A program made the translations under genes and the position numbers. A stretch of DNA of 64,000 nucleotides from an uncultured Planctomycetota bacterium (GTDB taxonomy: Bacteria; Planctomycetota; Planctomycetia; Gemmatales; Gemmataceae). The stretch is from positions 224,001 through 288,000 of the forward strand of contig CAWKHF010000001.1 of the NCBI GenBank assembly GCA_963849325.1, written 5' to 3'. This document shows, piece after piece, positions 10,985 through 24,038 of this stretch. Position 1 is the first letter of the stretch, and every line of letters starts with the position of its first letter. The notes beneath the pieces were generated by a model. The model had not been told where the DNA came from. It saw only the letters and a program-made list of their open reading frames with translations, and ran no database searches.

Positions 10985-11053
10985 CCGTTTAGCCGCGACG
11001 CGCAGCGGAGCGCGGGACGGCCGCGCGCTCCGCTGCGCGTCGCGGCTAAACGG
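10985..11053. repeat. Palindromic REP-like element, family A
   Basis: CCGTTTAGCCGCGACGCGCAGCGGAGCGCG ... CGCGCTCCGCTGCGCGTCGCGGCTAAACGG. Confidence 0.92.
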
Positions 11054-11060
11054 GACACTC

Positions 11061-12860
11061 CTACACGTGGGCGCCGAACATCGGCGCATGCCGCACGTCG
11101 AGCAGCTTGCCGTTGCCCAGGTACATGTGGACCCCGCAGGGCAGACACGGATCGAAGCTGCGCACCGCGCGCATGATGTCGATGCCTTTGAACTTGTCCG
11201 GCCCATTTTCCTCGAAGATGGGCGTGTTCTGCACGGCATCCTCATACGGTCCCGGCGTGCCGTAGATGTCGCGCGGACTGGCGTTCCACGGCGTCGGCGG
11301 GTAGGGGTGATAGTTGGCGATCTTGCCGTCGCGGATGACGACGTGGTGCGACAGCACGCCGCGCACCGCTTCGTGGAAGCCGCAGCCGATGGCCTCGTCC
11401 GGCACCTTGAAGTCCGTCCAGGTTCGGGCCCGGCCGGCGTGCAGCAACTTCATCCCGCGCTCGGCGAAGTGCAGGGCCGCCGCCGCCGCGTAAGCCTGGA
11501 AGTAAGTGCGGGCCCGATTGCGCTCGATGGCGTTGCTCCACTTGGGGATCTTCCATTCCAGCTCGACCTCCGGCATCAACGCCGTCTTGGGCAGATAGAT
11601 CTTGACGCTGTGGCCGGTGGCCTTGATGTAGCCGATGTCCACCAACCCCGCCAGCGCCGTGGCCCACAACCGGGCGATGGGACCGCCGCCGGTATCCAGG
11701 GCCAGGTGCTCGCCGGTCTGCGGATGCAGCCAGCGCGGCGACATCACCCAGGTATATTTGTCGTTGAAGTCTCGCTTCTGTGGCCGAGGGATGGTCCGCT
11801 GGTTCCACGGATGATGTCGATCGACCGGATTGCCGAGCGGATCGGTTTTGACGAACATCTCCTCGCCTTCCCAATCGTCGTAGAAAGACGATCCCAGAAG
11901 GATGCGAATGCCGAGGTTGATGTCCACCAGGTTGTTGGTGACGGCCTGGCCGTCCACGATGACGCCGGGCGTGACGTACATCGCCTTGCCCCACTCGTTC
12001 ATGCGCTGGTAAGTGAAGTCGCACACGTCGGGGTTGTTCCACGATCCCCAGCAGCCCAGCAGGATGCGGCGCTGACCGACCTTCTCGTAGCCGGGCAACG
12101 CCTCGTAGAAGAAGTCGAACAGGTCGTCGTGCAGCGGCACCATCTTCTTCATGAACTCCACGTACTTCATGAGCCGGACCAAATAGTCCGTGAACAACTG
12201 CTGGGTGGGGACGGTGCCGACGCCGCCGGGATACAGCGTCGAGGGATGGACGTGGCGGCCCTCCATGAGACAGAACATCTCGCGCGTCAGCCGGCTCATT
12301 TGCAGGGCCTGCAAGTATAGTTCGCCGCTGAACGGGTTCAGCGCCGTCATGATGTCGGCGACGGTGCGGTAACCGTGCAGGTTGGCGTGCGGGGCGGCGG
12401 TGCGCTGGGCCTTGTCCCAGACGGAGGGATTGGTCGCCTTGACCATCTGTTCGCAGAAGTCCACGCCGACCATGTTGTCCTGGAAAATGTTGTGGTCGAA
12501 CATGTACTCGGCCGCTTCGCCCAGGTCGATAATCATGGTGCCCATCGGCGACGGGCTGTGGATGCCGAAGGCCATGTTCAGGGCGTAGATGGCGCAGGTG
12601 GCGTGGTTGTCGCCGCAGATGCCGCAGATGCGGCTGGTAATGAACGGCGAATCGCGCGGATCCTTGCCGCGCATGAAAACGCTGTAGCCGCGGAAGATCG
12701 ACGACGTACTGAAGCACTCGGCGACTTGCCGGTTGGCGAAGTCGATCTTGGTGTAAATGCCCAGGCTGCCGACGATGCGCGTGATCGGGTCCCAGTTCAT
12801 ATCGACGAGTTGTCGACCCTCGGTGGCGGCCCGGCGCTGGGGCTTGGTCACGGTGGCCAT
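11061..12860 (-). CDS. hhyL: [NiFe]-hydrogenase large subunit, group 1h (high-affinity) type
   Basis: WDPITRIVGSLG; L1 ITSRICGICGDNH; L2 SFDPCLPCGVH; intact ORF with GGAGG RBS. Confidence 0.93.
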   Translation of the reverse strand: MATVTKPQRRAATEGRQLVDMNWDPITRIVGSLGIYTKIDFANRQVAECFSTSSIFRGYSVFMRGKDPRDSPFITSRICGICGDNHATCAIYALNMAFGIHSPSPMGTMIIDLGEAAEYMFDHNIFQDNMVGVDFCEQMVKATNPSVWDKAQRTAAPHANLHGYRTVADIMTALNPFSGELYLQALQMSRLTREMFCLMEGRHVHPSTLYPGGVGTVPTQQLFTDYLVRLMKYVEFMKKMVPLHDDLFDFFYEALPGYEKVGQRRILLGCWGSWNNPDVCDFTYQRMNEWGKAMYVTPGVIVDGQAVTNNLVDINLGIRILLGSSFYDDWEGEEMFVKTDPLGNPVDRHHPWNQRTIPRPQKRDFNDKYTWVMSPRWLHPQTGEHLALDTGGGPIARLWATALAGLVDIGYIKATGHSVKIYLPKTALMPEVELEWKIPKWSNAIERNRARTYFQAYAAAAALHFAERGMKLLHAGRARTWTDFKVPDEAIGCGFHEAVRGVLSHHVVIRDGKIANYHPYPPTPWNASPRDIYGTPGPYEDAVQNTPIFEENGPDKFKGIDIMRAVRSFDPCLPCGVHMYLGNGKLLDVRHAPMFGAHV

Positions 12861-12885
12861 GAATGTTCCTCCGAGCAAATTCCTC

Positions 12886-12937
12886 GTTTCGCCGCGACGC
12901 GCAGCGGAGCGCGCTCCGCTGCGCGTCGCGGCGAAAC
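12886..12937. repeat. Palindromic REP-like element, family A (perfect 52-bp palindrome)
   Basis: GTTTCGCCGCGACGCGCAGCGGAGCG|CGCTCCGCTGCGCGTCGCGGCGAAAC. Confidence 0.93.
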
Positions 12938-12962
12938 CAGCAACGAGTTGTTGGACGGACCT

Positions 12963-14031
12963 CTAGTACGTCGTGGGTTGGTAGCCGGTCGTCAGTTCGG
13001 GGCGACGGTGCCGCCACTTCGGTTCCTTGTTGACGGTGTTGTTGGTGATGCCGCGAAGCGTGCGGATCAGCCGGCCATACACGGCGATGAGCGCCGAGGA
13101 CACCGTACCGCCGGGCGGCTCGTCCATGAACGGCATGACCTTGTCCGGGAAGCCGGGCATGGTGCAGGCGATACAGATGCCGCCGACGTTGGGACAACCG
13201 CCGATGCCGTCCATCCAGCCGCGCTTGGTGACGTTGCAGTTGACCACCGGACCCCAGCAGCCGAGCTTCACCAGGCACTTGGGCGAACCGTACTCGTGGG
13301 CGAAGTCGGCCTGCTCGTAGTAGCCGGCGCGATCGCAGCCTTCGTGGACGGTCTTGCCGAACAGCCAGGTCGGCCGCAGCTGCTGATCGAGCGGGATGAT
13401 GGGGGCCAGCCCCGCCACGTGATAGAGGAGGTAGAGGAGCGTTTCCGTCATGTTGTCCGGCTGCACCGGACAGCCCGGCACGTTGACGATCGGCAGACCG
13501 GCCTTGGAGCGCCAGCCCCAGCCGAGGTAGTCGGCCAGCCCCATGCTGCCGGTCGGGTTGCCGGCCATGGCGTGGATGCCGCCGTAGGTGGCACAGGTCC
13601 CGGCGGCGACGACGGCCAGGGCCTTGGGCGCCAGCCGGTCAATCCAGTCGCAGAGGGTGATGGGTTGGCCGGTGCTCTTGTCGTAGCCCATGCCGGCCCA
13701 GTAGCCCTCGCTCTTGATTTTTTCGTTGGGGATCGAGCCTTCGACGACGAGGAGGAACGGACCCAGTTCGTCGCGGTCGGCGGCGTACCAATACTCCATG
13801 AACTCGTCGCCGTTCTCCACCGCCAGGCAGCGGTTGTGCAGGTGGACCTTGGGCAGACCGGGGATGGCGCCCAGGAGGATGTCCTCGAGGCTCGGCTGGG
13901 TGGCGGCGGTGACGGAGATCGTGTCGCCATCACAGCTCAATCCATCCGGCGTCCAGAGGATGTGGATCTCCTTGATGTCCGGTTCGCGCTGGGTCTTGCG
14001 CCCGATAGGGCGCCGCGTTCGCTTCGGCCAT
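12963..14031 (-). CDS. hhyS: [NiFe]-hydrogenase small subunit, group 1h type (frameshift around codon 10)
   Basis: HILW..GLSCDGDT; GTCATYGG; VPGCP; HEGCDR; CLVKLGCWGP; CPNVGGICIAC; AAGGAG RBS; no Tat leader. Confidence 0.9.
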
Positions 14032-14164
14032 GGTGGCTTCTCCTTTCTGCCCGGCCCACCGGGATCGACGTTCCGGATCAACCGGGAGGTTTCCCTTGAA
14101 CGGCGTAGCTGTGCTTGATGAGGGCGACGAATCCCTGACGGTCGCGGCTCGGAAGGAACTCGCT

Positions 14165-15261
14165 CTAGCAGATCCGCGGCAACTGCTCTCCCGCCAGCAT
14201 CGTCACCACGCGCTCGCCGCCGACCAGGGAGCGCAGGATCACCATGCCGGCGTGGTCCGCCACGACCTCGCCGATGACGGCGGCGTTCGTGTCCCAGCGG
14301 ATGGCGCTCGCATCGCTTGCCAGGACGCGGTCGGCGTCCTCCGGCGGAACGACGGCGATCAGCTTGCCCTCGTTGGCGACGTAGAGCGGATCGAGGCCGA
14401 GCATCTCGCAGGCGCCGCGGACCTCGGGACGGATCGGGATGCGCCGCCTCGTCCAGTTCGACGCCGACGCCGCGAGGCGGCGGCCAGCTCGTTGAGGGCC
14501 GCTGGACAGTCCGCCGCGCGTCGGATCGCGCATGCAGCGGGTGCGCGGACAGGCTTCCAGGATCGCCTCGGCCAGGTCCGTCAGCGCGGCGCGTGTCGCT
14601 CTCCAGCACCGTCTCGAACTCCAGCCCCTCGCGCACCGACATGATGGCGATGCCGTGATCGCCGAGCGTTCCCGAAACGAGGATGCGATCGCCGGGCCGG
14701 GCGTTGTGGATCGACAGCGACGCGTCCCTCCGGCACCAGGCCGATGCCGGACGTGGTGATGAACACGCCGTCGCCCTTGCCGCGGTCCACGACCTTGGTA
14801 TCGCCGGTGACCAGGGCCACGCCCGCCTCGTCGCACGCCTGCCGCATCGAGGCGACGATGCGTTGCAGGTCGGTCAGCGGCAGACCTTCTTCGAGGATGA
14901 AGGCGGCCGACAGGAACAGCGGCCGGGCGCCGCCGACGGCCAGGTCGTTGACCGTGCCGTGGACCGCCAGTCGGCCGATGTCGCCGCCGGGGAAGAACAG
15001 CGGCCGGACCACGAACGAGTCGGTGGTGAAGGCGATCCGCGGAGACTTCGCGCCGCCGTCGCCGCCGAGGTCCAGGGTGGCCTGGTCTTCCAGCGCTCCC
15101 AGCACGTCGTTGGCGAAGCCCGGCACGAACAGGCGCTGGATCAGGTCCGCCGTCAACTGGCCGCCGCTGCCGTGGCCGAGCAGGATGTGGTCGTACCGCG
15201 ACTGCGGCAGCGGGCAGGCGCCGAAGGGGAGAGCGGTCAGCGGGTCATCGTCGTCGGCCAT
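14165..15261 (-). CDS. hypE: Hydrogenase maturation protein HypE (frameshifted)
   Basis: [32 protein letters not shown]-terminal PRIC. Confidence 0.93.
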
Positions 15262-15262
15262 G

Positions 15263-15863
15263 TTAGATCACGTCCTCCTCGCCGCGGATCACGTGGATCA
15301 GGTCCCAGAGGACGTGCAGCAGCGTCTCGTGCGTTTCCTGGATGCGGTGGATGCTGAAGCTGGGCACGGTGAAGCAGTAATCGCAGTACTCGGGCATCCG
15401 GCCGCCGTCGCGTCCGGAGAAGCCGACGGTCGAGCATGCCCATCTCGCGGGCCGCCTGCAAGGCGCGGTTGACGTTGGCCGACTTGCCGCTGGTGGAGAT
15501 GCCCAGGGCCATGTCGCCGCGCCGCGCCGAGCATCCGCAGTTGCTGGACGAAGGCCAGGGCGAAATCCTGATCGTTGCCGACGGCGGTCAGCAGGGCCGT
15601 GTCGGTGTTCAGCGCCAGCGCCGGCAGGGCCGGCCGCTTCTCGATGATCGGGTGCATGAACTCGACGGAGACGTGGGCCGCGTCGCACGACGAGCCGCCG
15701 TTGCCCATGACGAACAGCCGGCCGCCGGCGTCGAAGGCCTTGGCCATGGCCGTGCAGCAGGCGGCGATGCGATCCGCGTTGTCCGCGAAGAATTTTTCCT
15801 TCGTGGCCATGCTCTCGCGGCACTTGCGGAGGATCGCGTCGCGCAGCGCCGGTGTCAGCTCAT
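15263..15863 (-). CDS. SIS-domain GmhA/phosphoheptose isomerase-like protein (frameshifted)
   Basis: [34 protein letters not shown]. Confidence 0.85.
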
Positions 15864-15897
15864 GAGCGGCCTCCACGGCTGTCAAAATCGTCGTCGA

Positions 15898-15944
15898 GCC
15901 GCGACGCGTCAGCGACCGGAGCATCGCGCTCCGCTGCGCGGCGG

Positions 15945-15949
<5 letters not shown>
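15898..15949. repeat. Degenerate family A palindrome
   Basis: GCCGCGACGCGtCAGCG...CGCGCTCCGCTGCGCG.CGGCTAAC. Confidence 0.6.
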
Positions 15950-17060
<1,111 letters not shown>

Positions 17061-17064
<4 letters not shown>

Positions 17065-17314
17065 GGCGGCGGGCACCTCCAGTTCGTCGAGTTGGTTCAT
17101 CTCCTCCAGGAACGCGAAGACGCGGCCCGCTTCCTCCTCGTCGATGCAGCGACAGGGCGAAGCCGACGTGAACGAGGACGTAATCGCCCGGCTGCGCCTC
17201 GGGGACGTGCTCCAGGCAGACGCGCTTGCAGATGCCGCTGAAATCGACCTTGCCCATGAGCACGTCGTTTTCGCGGTAGGTTTCGACCACCTTGCCGGGG
17301 ATGCCGAGACACAT
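17061..17314 (-). CDS. hypC: Hydrogenase chaperone HypC (frameshifted)
   Basis: [21 protein letters not shown]. Confidence 0.93.
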
Positions 17315-17343
17315 CGTCGTTCCCCTGTCGACATGGCAGCCGC

Positions 17344-19677
17344 TCAGCGCGCAAGCGGGCCGCGGCGACGGCCAGTTGTCCGAGGCTCAGGCCGCCGTCG
17401 TTGGGCGGCACCAGGCGATGACGGTACACGCGAAAGCCCTCGCCGCCGAGCCGCGCGCTCACTTCGCGGGTGAGCAGCGCATTCAGGAAGACGCCGCCGC
17501 TGAGGACCACGGCCTCGATCCCGGTCGTCTGCCGAAGCCGGCCGACAGACCGCGGCGATGAGTTCGACCAGCGTCGAATGGAAGCGCCGGGCGATGAGCG
17601 CCGCCGGACTCCCTTGCGCCGCCTCTTCCGCGACCGCCCGGATCAGAGGCCGGGTATCGACGACCAGCGGCGCCTCGCGTCTGTCCCTGCCGAGGCGGAT
17701 CGAACGCGAAGGGATAGGTCCGATCGGGCGGCACTCCCGTCCGCCAGCCATTCCAGTTCCACCGCCGCCTGCCCTTCGTAGCTGACGCGGTCGCGAACGC
17801 CGGCCAGGGCGGCGACGGCATCGAAGAGCCGCCCCACGCTGGAGGTGAGCGGCGTGTTGAAGCGCCGCTCCAGCATCCGTTGGATCATGCTCCACTTCGG
17901 CGGCAAAAGCCGTGCCGTCAGCGGCGCGAACTCGACCTCCGGCGTCCGCGAGATGGGCCACCGCCATGCGCCACGGCTCGCGGATGGCCTGGTCGCCGCC
18001 CGGCATGCCGACGTAGCGCAGATGCGCCGCCCGCCGGAACTGCCGGTAATCGCCGACGAGGAACTCGCCGCCCCAGACGGCGCCGTCGGTGCCGAAGCCG
18101 GTGCCGTCGAACGTGACGCCGATGACCGGCTCCGTCAGTCCGTGCTCCGCCATGCAACTCGCCATGTGCGCATGGTGATGCTGAACGGCGAGCAGCTCCG
18201 TTCCCGTCCGCTCCGCCCGCTGCCGCGCGTAGCGGGTCGTGACGTAATCGGGATGCAGATCGTGGACCAGGCACTCGCGGCGTGACGGCGAACAGTTGCT
18301 GGTAGAGGGCGACGTCCTTCTCGAACGCCCGGTAGGCGTCGTAGTGATCGAGGTCGCCCAGGTGATGGCTGAGGAACGCCTGCCGGCCGCGGCCGAGGGC
18401 GAACGTCGCCTTGAGCTGTCCGCCCGACGGCCAGGATCGGCCGCGGACAGGCCAACGGCAGCTCGATCGGCCGGGGGGCGTAGCCGCGCGAGCGCCGCAG
18501 CGGCAGCTCGATGCCATCGACGACGCGCGTGACCGAGTCGTCGCAGCGGACGTGGATCGGCCGGTCGTGGACCAGGAACAGGTCGGCGATGCCGGCCAGC
18601 TTCTGCGCACGGCGTCGTCCTGGTAGGCGATGGGCTCGTCGGAGCGGTTGCCGCTGGTCATGACCAGCGGGATGCCGCCGACGGCCCGCAGCAGGAGATG
18701 GTGCAGCGGCGTATACGGCAGCATCACGCCGAGCCAGGGATTGCCCGGCGCGACCTCTTCCGGCGAACGGCCGGCGTCAGTCGCGTCCTCCTCACCAGCG
18801 GCTGACGCCGGCCGTTCGCCGTTCAGCAGGACGATGGGACACGACGGCGACAGCAGCAGCGCGCGCTCGACGGGTCCGACTTCGCGCGAGGGCGTCGGCG
18901 GCGGCGACGTCCGCGACCATGACGGCGAACGGCTTCTCGTCGCGGTGCTTGCGCCGCCGCAGTTCGGCGACGGCCGCGGCGTTCCGTGCATCGCAGGCCA
19001 GGTGATAGCCGCCGAGCCCTTCAGTGCCCCGATCTGCCCGGCACACAAGGCGGCGGCGAAGACGGCGAGCGGGTCCGCGGCCGCGATCGGTTGGCCGGCC
19101 GCGTCGAGCAGACTGCAGGCGCGGGCCGCAGGCCGGCGCAGGCGGTCGGCTGGGCGTGGAAGCGGCGGTTGCGCGGGGTCGTCGTACTCCGCCCGGCAGG
19201 CGGCACACATGGCGAACGCGGCCATCGTCGTCCGCTGGCGGTCGTAGGGAGCGCCGGTGATGATCGTCAGACGCGGTCCGCAGTTGGTGCAGTTCAGGAA
19301 GGGATAGCCGTAGCGCCGGTCGGCGGGGTCGAGCAGCTCCGCCAGGCAGTCCGGGCAGGTGGCCACGTCGGGCGAGATGAAGACCGGGCTCGCCGCGTCG
19401 GCCTCGCTGGACTCGATGCGGAACTGACGTTCGCCTCGCGGCGCCCGTTGTTCCCAGGACGAGATGCTCGATGTGCGCCAGCGGCGGCGGTCGTTCGGCC
19501 AGTTCGGCCAGGAAGCGACGCCAACGCCGGCGGCTCGCCTTCGACTTCGATCAGGACGCTGCCCGTCTGGTTCTTGACGAAGCCGCGCAGGCCGAGCCGC
19601 GTGGCGAGGTTGTACACGAACGGACGGAAGCCGACTCCCTGCACGATGCCGCGGACCACGATCGCTCGGCGTTCCAT
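17344..19677 (-). CDS. hypF: Carbamoyltransferase HypF (multiple frameshifts)
   Basis: [66 protein letters not shown]. Confidence 0.93.
18761..18821. repeat. Perfect 20-bp inverted repeat translated in frame within hypF
   Basis: CGGCGAACGGCCGGCGTCAG ... CTGACGCCGGCCGTTCGCCG. Confidence 0.88.
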
Positions 19678-19971
19678 AACGGCGACCTTCCGGCAGATAG
19701 GAAACATTGCCAGGCATGCCGTCTTTCGCTCTCACCTGACAAGGCATCGACAGCGAAACAACCCCGATTATACATTCCGCCGTCGCGTGAGGCCATCGTG
19801 GGCGAACGGTGCGCCGTCTCACGGCGGCCCCAGCACAGCGAGGACGGATGGCGGACGCAAACCCCACCCGGAAAAGAACTACGAACCTTGAATCGGAAGC
19901 CGTTTCCGGCGACAATACTTCCCACGCGCCGGAAGACTTCCAGCCAGACGGCAACGGGAGAGCCAGGGACC

Positions 19972-22350
19972 ATGAACGAAGCCGACACCTGCCGGATGCT
20001 CGTTCGGCCCAAGCTGGAAGCGGCAGGCTGGGACGGCAACAAGCACTTCTACAGCGAACAGACGCCGTTCACCGACGGCCGGATTATCGTCCCGGCAGGC
20101 AAGCCTCGCCGGCTCAAGAAGAAGTACGCCGACTTCCTGCTCCGCTACACGCGCGACATGACCCTGGGCGTCGTCGAGGCGAAGTCCGACAAGCGGTCGG
20201 CCGGCGACGGTCTTCAGCAGGCCAAGGACTACGCGGAGATCCTTGGACTGAAGTTCGCCTACGCCACCAACGGCACCGAGATCCTCGAGTACGACTTCTT
20301 CACCGCGCGGGAGAGCGAGAGGGAACGCTTTCCCCCTCCCGACGAACTCTGGTTCCGCTACCAGCAGGGCCAGGGGCTGACCACGGCGACCGCCAACGCT
20401 CTCCTCGCCCCGTTCTTCCATCAACCCGGTCGAGAGCCTCGCTATTACCAGCGGATCGCCATCCAGCGCGCCGTCGAAGCGATCCTGGGCGGCAAACCGC
20501 GATCGCTCCTGACCATGGCCACGGGTACGGGCAAGACCCTCGTGGCTTTTCAAATTTGCTGGAAGCTCTGGTCGGCCGCCTGGAACCGCAAGGGCGACCA
20601 TCGCAAACCGCGCATCCTGTTCCTGGCGGATCGGAACGTTCTCGTCGATGATCCCAAGGACAAGACGTTCGCTCCTTTCGGCGATGCCCGCCACAAGATC
20701 GAGAAGGGCGAGGCGATCAAGAGCCGGGAGATGTACTTCGCCACCTATCAGTCCATCGCCCGGGACGAACGCCGGCCGGGACTGTTCCAGGAATACGCCC
20801 CGGATTTCTTCGACCTCATCGTCGTGGACGAGTGCCATCGCGGCTCGGCCCGCGACGAGAGCAACTGGCGGGACATCCTGGAATACTTCGAGCCGGCCTA
20901 TCAGCTCGGCATGACGGCCACCCCGCTCCGGGAGGACAACCGCGATACCTACCTCTACTTCGGCAATCCGCTCTACACCTACAGCCTCAAGCAGGGCATC
21001 GCCGATGGGTTCCTGGCCCCGTACCGAGTGCATCGGATCCTGACGACCTACGATGCCGCCGGCTGGCGGCCGAACAAGGGACAGCTGGACATTCATGGTC
21101 GAGAAATCCCCGACGCCGAATACCACACCAAGGACTTCGAGCGGACGGGAGGCGTGTCCCTCCAGGCCCGCACCGAGGCCATCGCCCGGCACCTCACGGA
21201 CTTTCTCAAGAAGACCGACCGCTTCGCCAAGACCATCGTGTTCTGCGTCGATCAGGAACATGCCGACCAGATGCGGCGGGCCCTCAACAATCTCAACACC
21301 GACCTGGCTCAAGAGGCCAGGCGGCGGGGAGAAGAGTACGTTGCCCGCGTCACCGCCGACGAGGGCGACATCGGCCGCGGCTTCTTGAGCAAGTTCCAGG
21401 ATCCCGAAGAACGCTATCCGGTCATCCTCACCACGTCGCAGCTGCTCACGACCGGAGTGGATGCCCCGACCTGTCAGAACGTCGTGCTGGTCCGGGTCAT
21501 CGGCTCCATGACCGAGTTCAAGCAGATCATCGGCCGGGGCACCCGCGTCCGCGACGACAAGGGCAAGCTCTTCTTCAACATCCTCGACTACACCGGATCG
21601 GCCACGCGGATGTTCGCCGATCCGGATTTCGACGGCGAACCCAGTCTCGTCCGCCAGGAAGAAATCGACGACGCCGGCAAGACCGTCGAAGGCTCCGAGG
21701 AGAATATCGCGGAGCAGACCCAACCGTTCGAGGAGGAAGAGACGGGTATTCCGCGGTACGACGACGAACCGCATGAGCCTCGCAAGTACTACGTCAAGGG
21801 CGGGAAGGTGGGGATCGACACGGAAGTGACCCTGGACCTCGATGCCGACGGCGGCAAACTACGGACGGTCCAGATCGCCCAGTACGCCGCCGACACCGTT
21901 CGGACGCTCTACACCGATCCGGACGACCTGCGCACGAAGTGGTCCGACTTCGAGCAACGGTCGGCCCTCATCGAGATGCTGGAACAAAAAGGCATCGACT
22001 TCAACGAGCTAGCGGCTTCCGCCGGCACGCCGGACGCCGATCCGTTCGATCTGCTCTGCCACCTGGCCTACAACGCTCCGCTCTTGACCCGGAAGCAGCG
22101 GGCCGAAAAACTCCGCAAGAATAAGAAGGACTTCTTCGATCAGTTCGGCCCCGAGGCTCGGACCATCCTCGACGAGCTGCTGGACAAGTATGCCGAGCAT
22201 GGCACGGCCCAGTTCACCCTCCCCGATGTGTTCGAGGTGCCGCCGATCTGCCAACATGGCAACCTCAAGGAGATCGCCTCGAAGTTCGGCGGGACCGACA
22301 AGCTGGTGGAGGCGTTCGGCAAGCTTCAGGAATATCTGTACGTGGCGTAA
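19972..22350 (+). CDS. hsdR: Type I restriction enzyme R subunit (EcoAI/EcoEI-like)
   Basis: MNEADTC; AD..L..VVEAK; MATGTGKT; DECHRG; TGVDAP; QIIGRGTR. Confidence 0.93.
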   Translation: MNEADTCRMLVRPKLEAAGWDGNKHFYSEQTPFTDGRIIVPAGKPRRLKKKYADFLLRYTRDMTLGVVEAKSDKRSAGDGLQQAKDYAEILGLKFAYATNGTEILEYDFFTARESERERFPPPDELWFRYQQGQGLTTATANALLAPFFHQPGREPRYYQRIAIQRAVEAILGGKPRSLLTMATGTGKTLVAFQICWKLWSAAWNRKGDHRKPRILFLADRNVLVDDPKDKTFAPFGDARHKIEKGEAIKSREMYFATYQSIARDERRPGLFQEYAPDFFDLIVVDECHRGSARDESNWRDILEYFEPAYQLGMTATPLREDNRDTYLYFGNPLYTYSLKQGIADGFLAPYRVHRILTTYDAAGWRPNKGQLDIHGREIPDAEYHTKDFERTGGVSLQARTEAIARHLTDFLKKTDRFAKTIVFCVDQEHADQMRRALNNLNTDLAQEARRRGEEYVARVTADEGDIGRGFLSKFQDPEERYPVILTTSQLLTTGVDAPTCQNVVLVRVIGSMTEFKQIIGRGTRVRDDKGKLFFNILDYTGSATRMFADPDFDGEPSLVRQEEIDDAGKTVEGSEENIAEQTQPFEEEETGIPRYDDEPHEPRKYYVKGGKVGIDTEVTLDLDADGGKLRTVQIAQYAADTVRTLYTDPDDLRTKWSDFEQRSALIEMLEQKGIDFNELAASAGTPDADPFDLLCHLAYNAPLLTRKQRAEKLRKNKKDFFDQFGPEARTILDELLDKYAEHGTAQFTLPDVFEVPPICQHGNLKEIASKFGGTDKLVEAFGKLQEYLYVA

Positions 22351-22374
22351 GAGTCACCAACCAAATGCAATTTG

Positions 22375-22457
22375 ACCACGGATAACACGGATAAAACGGA
22401 TAAAACCAAAGAAGCATTCTGGTTTTCTTTATCCGTTTTATCCGTGTTATCCGTGGT
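22375..22457. repeat. Hairpin element, family C (arms of 9-bp tandem units)
   Basis: ACCACGGATAACACGGATAAAACGGATAAA ... TTTATCCGTTTTATCCGTGTTATCCGTGGT. Confidence 0.85.
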
Positions 22458-22499
22458 TCAAAATTCATTGGGTTCGTGGCCCGAAGAGACGGATGATTC

Positions 22500-24038
22500 A
22501 TGCCCCGAAGCAAGACCCGGAACGATCGACCCCTGACGACCGCCCAGCGGCTGGGCAGCCTCGTCAAGTCCGCCCGCGACATCATGCGCAAGGACAAGGG
22601 ACTCAACGGCGACCTGGACCGGTTGCCGATGCTCACCTGGGTCATGTTCCTCAAGTTCCTGGACGACACGAAGCATCCGAGAAGGCCGGGCCAGGATGAA
22701 GCAGGAGAAGTACCGGCCGGCGATCGAGGCGCCCTATCGCTGGCGCGATTGGGCGGCCCAGGAAGACGGCATCAGCGGCGACAACCTTCGGAACTTCATC
22801 AATCAGGAGGAAACCGTACTGCCCGACGGAAGCAAGGGGCCGGGACTGATCGCCTACCTGCGTGGCTTGCAGGGAAGCAACGGGGACGACCGCCGGGACG
22901 TTATCGCGCTCCGTCTTCAGCGGCGTCGCCAACCGCATGGAGTCGGGCTACCTGCTGCGCGACGTGATCAACAAGGTCAACGGCATCCACTTCGACAGCA
23001 CCGAGGAGATTCACACTCTCGGCCATCTGTACGAATCCATGCTGAAGGAGATGCGCGACGCCGCCGGCGACTCCGGCGAGTTCTACACGCCGCGCGCCGT
23101 CGTCCGCTTCATGGTCGCCGTGACCGATCCGCGGCTCGGCGAGAAGGTGCTGGACCCGGCCTGCGGCACCGGCGGCTTCCTGGTCGAGACGTACGCCCAT
23201 CTGGAGAAGCAGTGCCAGACGGTCCAGCAGCGACGACTCCTGCAGGAAGAGAGCATCTTCGGCGGCGAGGCCAAGCCGCTGCCCTACATGCTCTGCCAGA
23301 TGAACCTGCTGCTGCACGGCCTGGAATCCCCGGACATCGCCAAGGGCAACAGCCTGGAGCAGAAGCTGACCGAAATCAAGGATTCCGACCGCGTGGACGT
23401 GATCCTGACCAATCCGCCCTTCGGCGGCGAGGAGGAACGCGGCATCCAGGGCAACTTCCCCGAGGACAAGCAGACGGCGGAGACGGCCCTGCTGTTCCTT
23501 CAGCTCATCATGCGGAAGCTCCGGATCACGCCCAAGCCGGGCCGGGCCGGCGTCGTCGTTCCCAACGGCACCCTCTTCGGCGACGGCGTTTGTGCTCGGA
23601 TCAAGCAGGAGCTGCTGACGAAATTCAACCTGCACACCATCGTCCGGTTGCCCAACGGCGTCTTCGCCCCGTACACCAGCATCCCCACGAACCTGCTCTT
23701 CTTCGACCGCAGCGGCCCCACCGAGCACATCTGGTATTACGAGCAGCCGTTGCCGGAGGGCAAGAAGAACTACACGAAGACCGCGCCGCATCCAGTTCGA
23801 GGAGTTCGCCGATTGCATCACGTGGTGGGGCAAACGCAAAGAGAACGAACGGGCCTGGAAGGTGCCCGTCGAAAAGATCCTGGACAACAACTGCAATCTC
23901 GACCTCAAGAACCCGAATGCCAGGGACGACTTCGAGCATCTGCCCCCGGAGCAGTTGGCGGACGACATTCTTCAGAAGGAACTCCGTATCGCGGAGATCA
24001 TGCGGGAGATCAAGGACCTCCTGGGGAGGGCGCCATGA
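22500..24038 (+). CDS. hsdM: Type I R-M N6-adenine methyltransferase (frameshifted)
   Basis: GEFYTPR; LDPACGTGGFL; NPPF. Confidence 0.93.

Noticed and set aside
14129-14153. Possible half of another REP-like element between hypE and hhyS
   Set aside because: Single arm with no partner or second copy in the window
19879-21774. Long antisense or alternate-frame ORFs (also 487..1773, 3688..5466, 11242..13278, 12375..14099, 42507..44333)
   Set aside because: Shadow ORFs of real high-GC genes with no recognisable motifs
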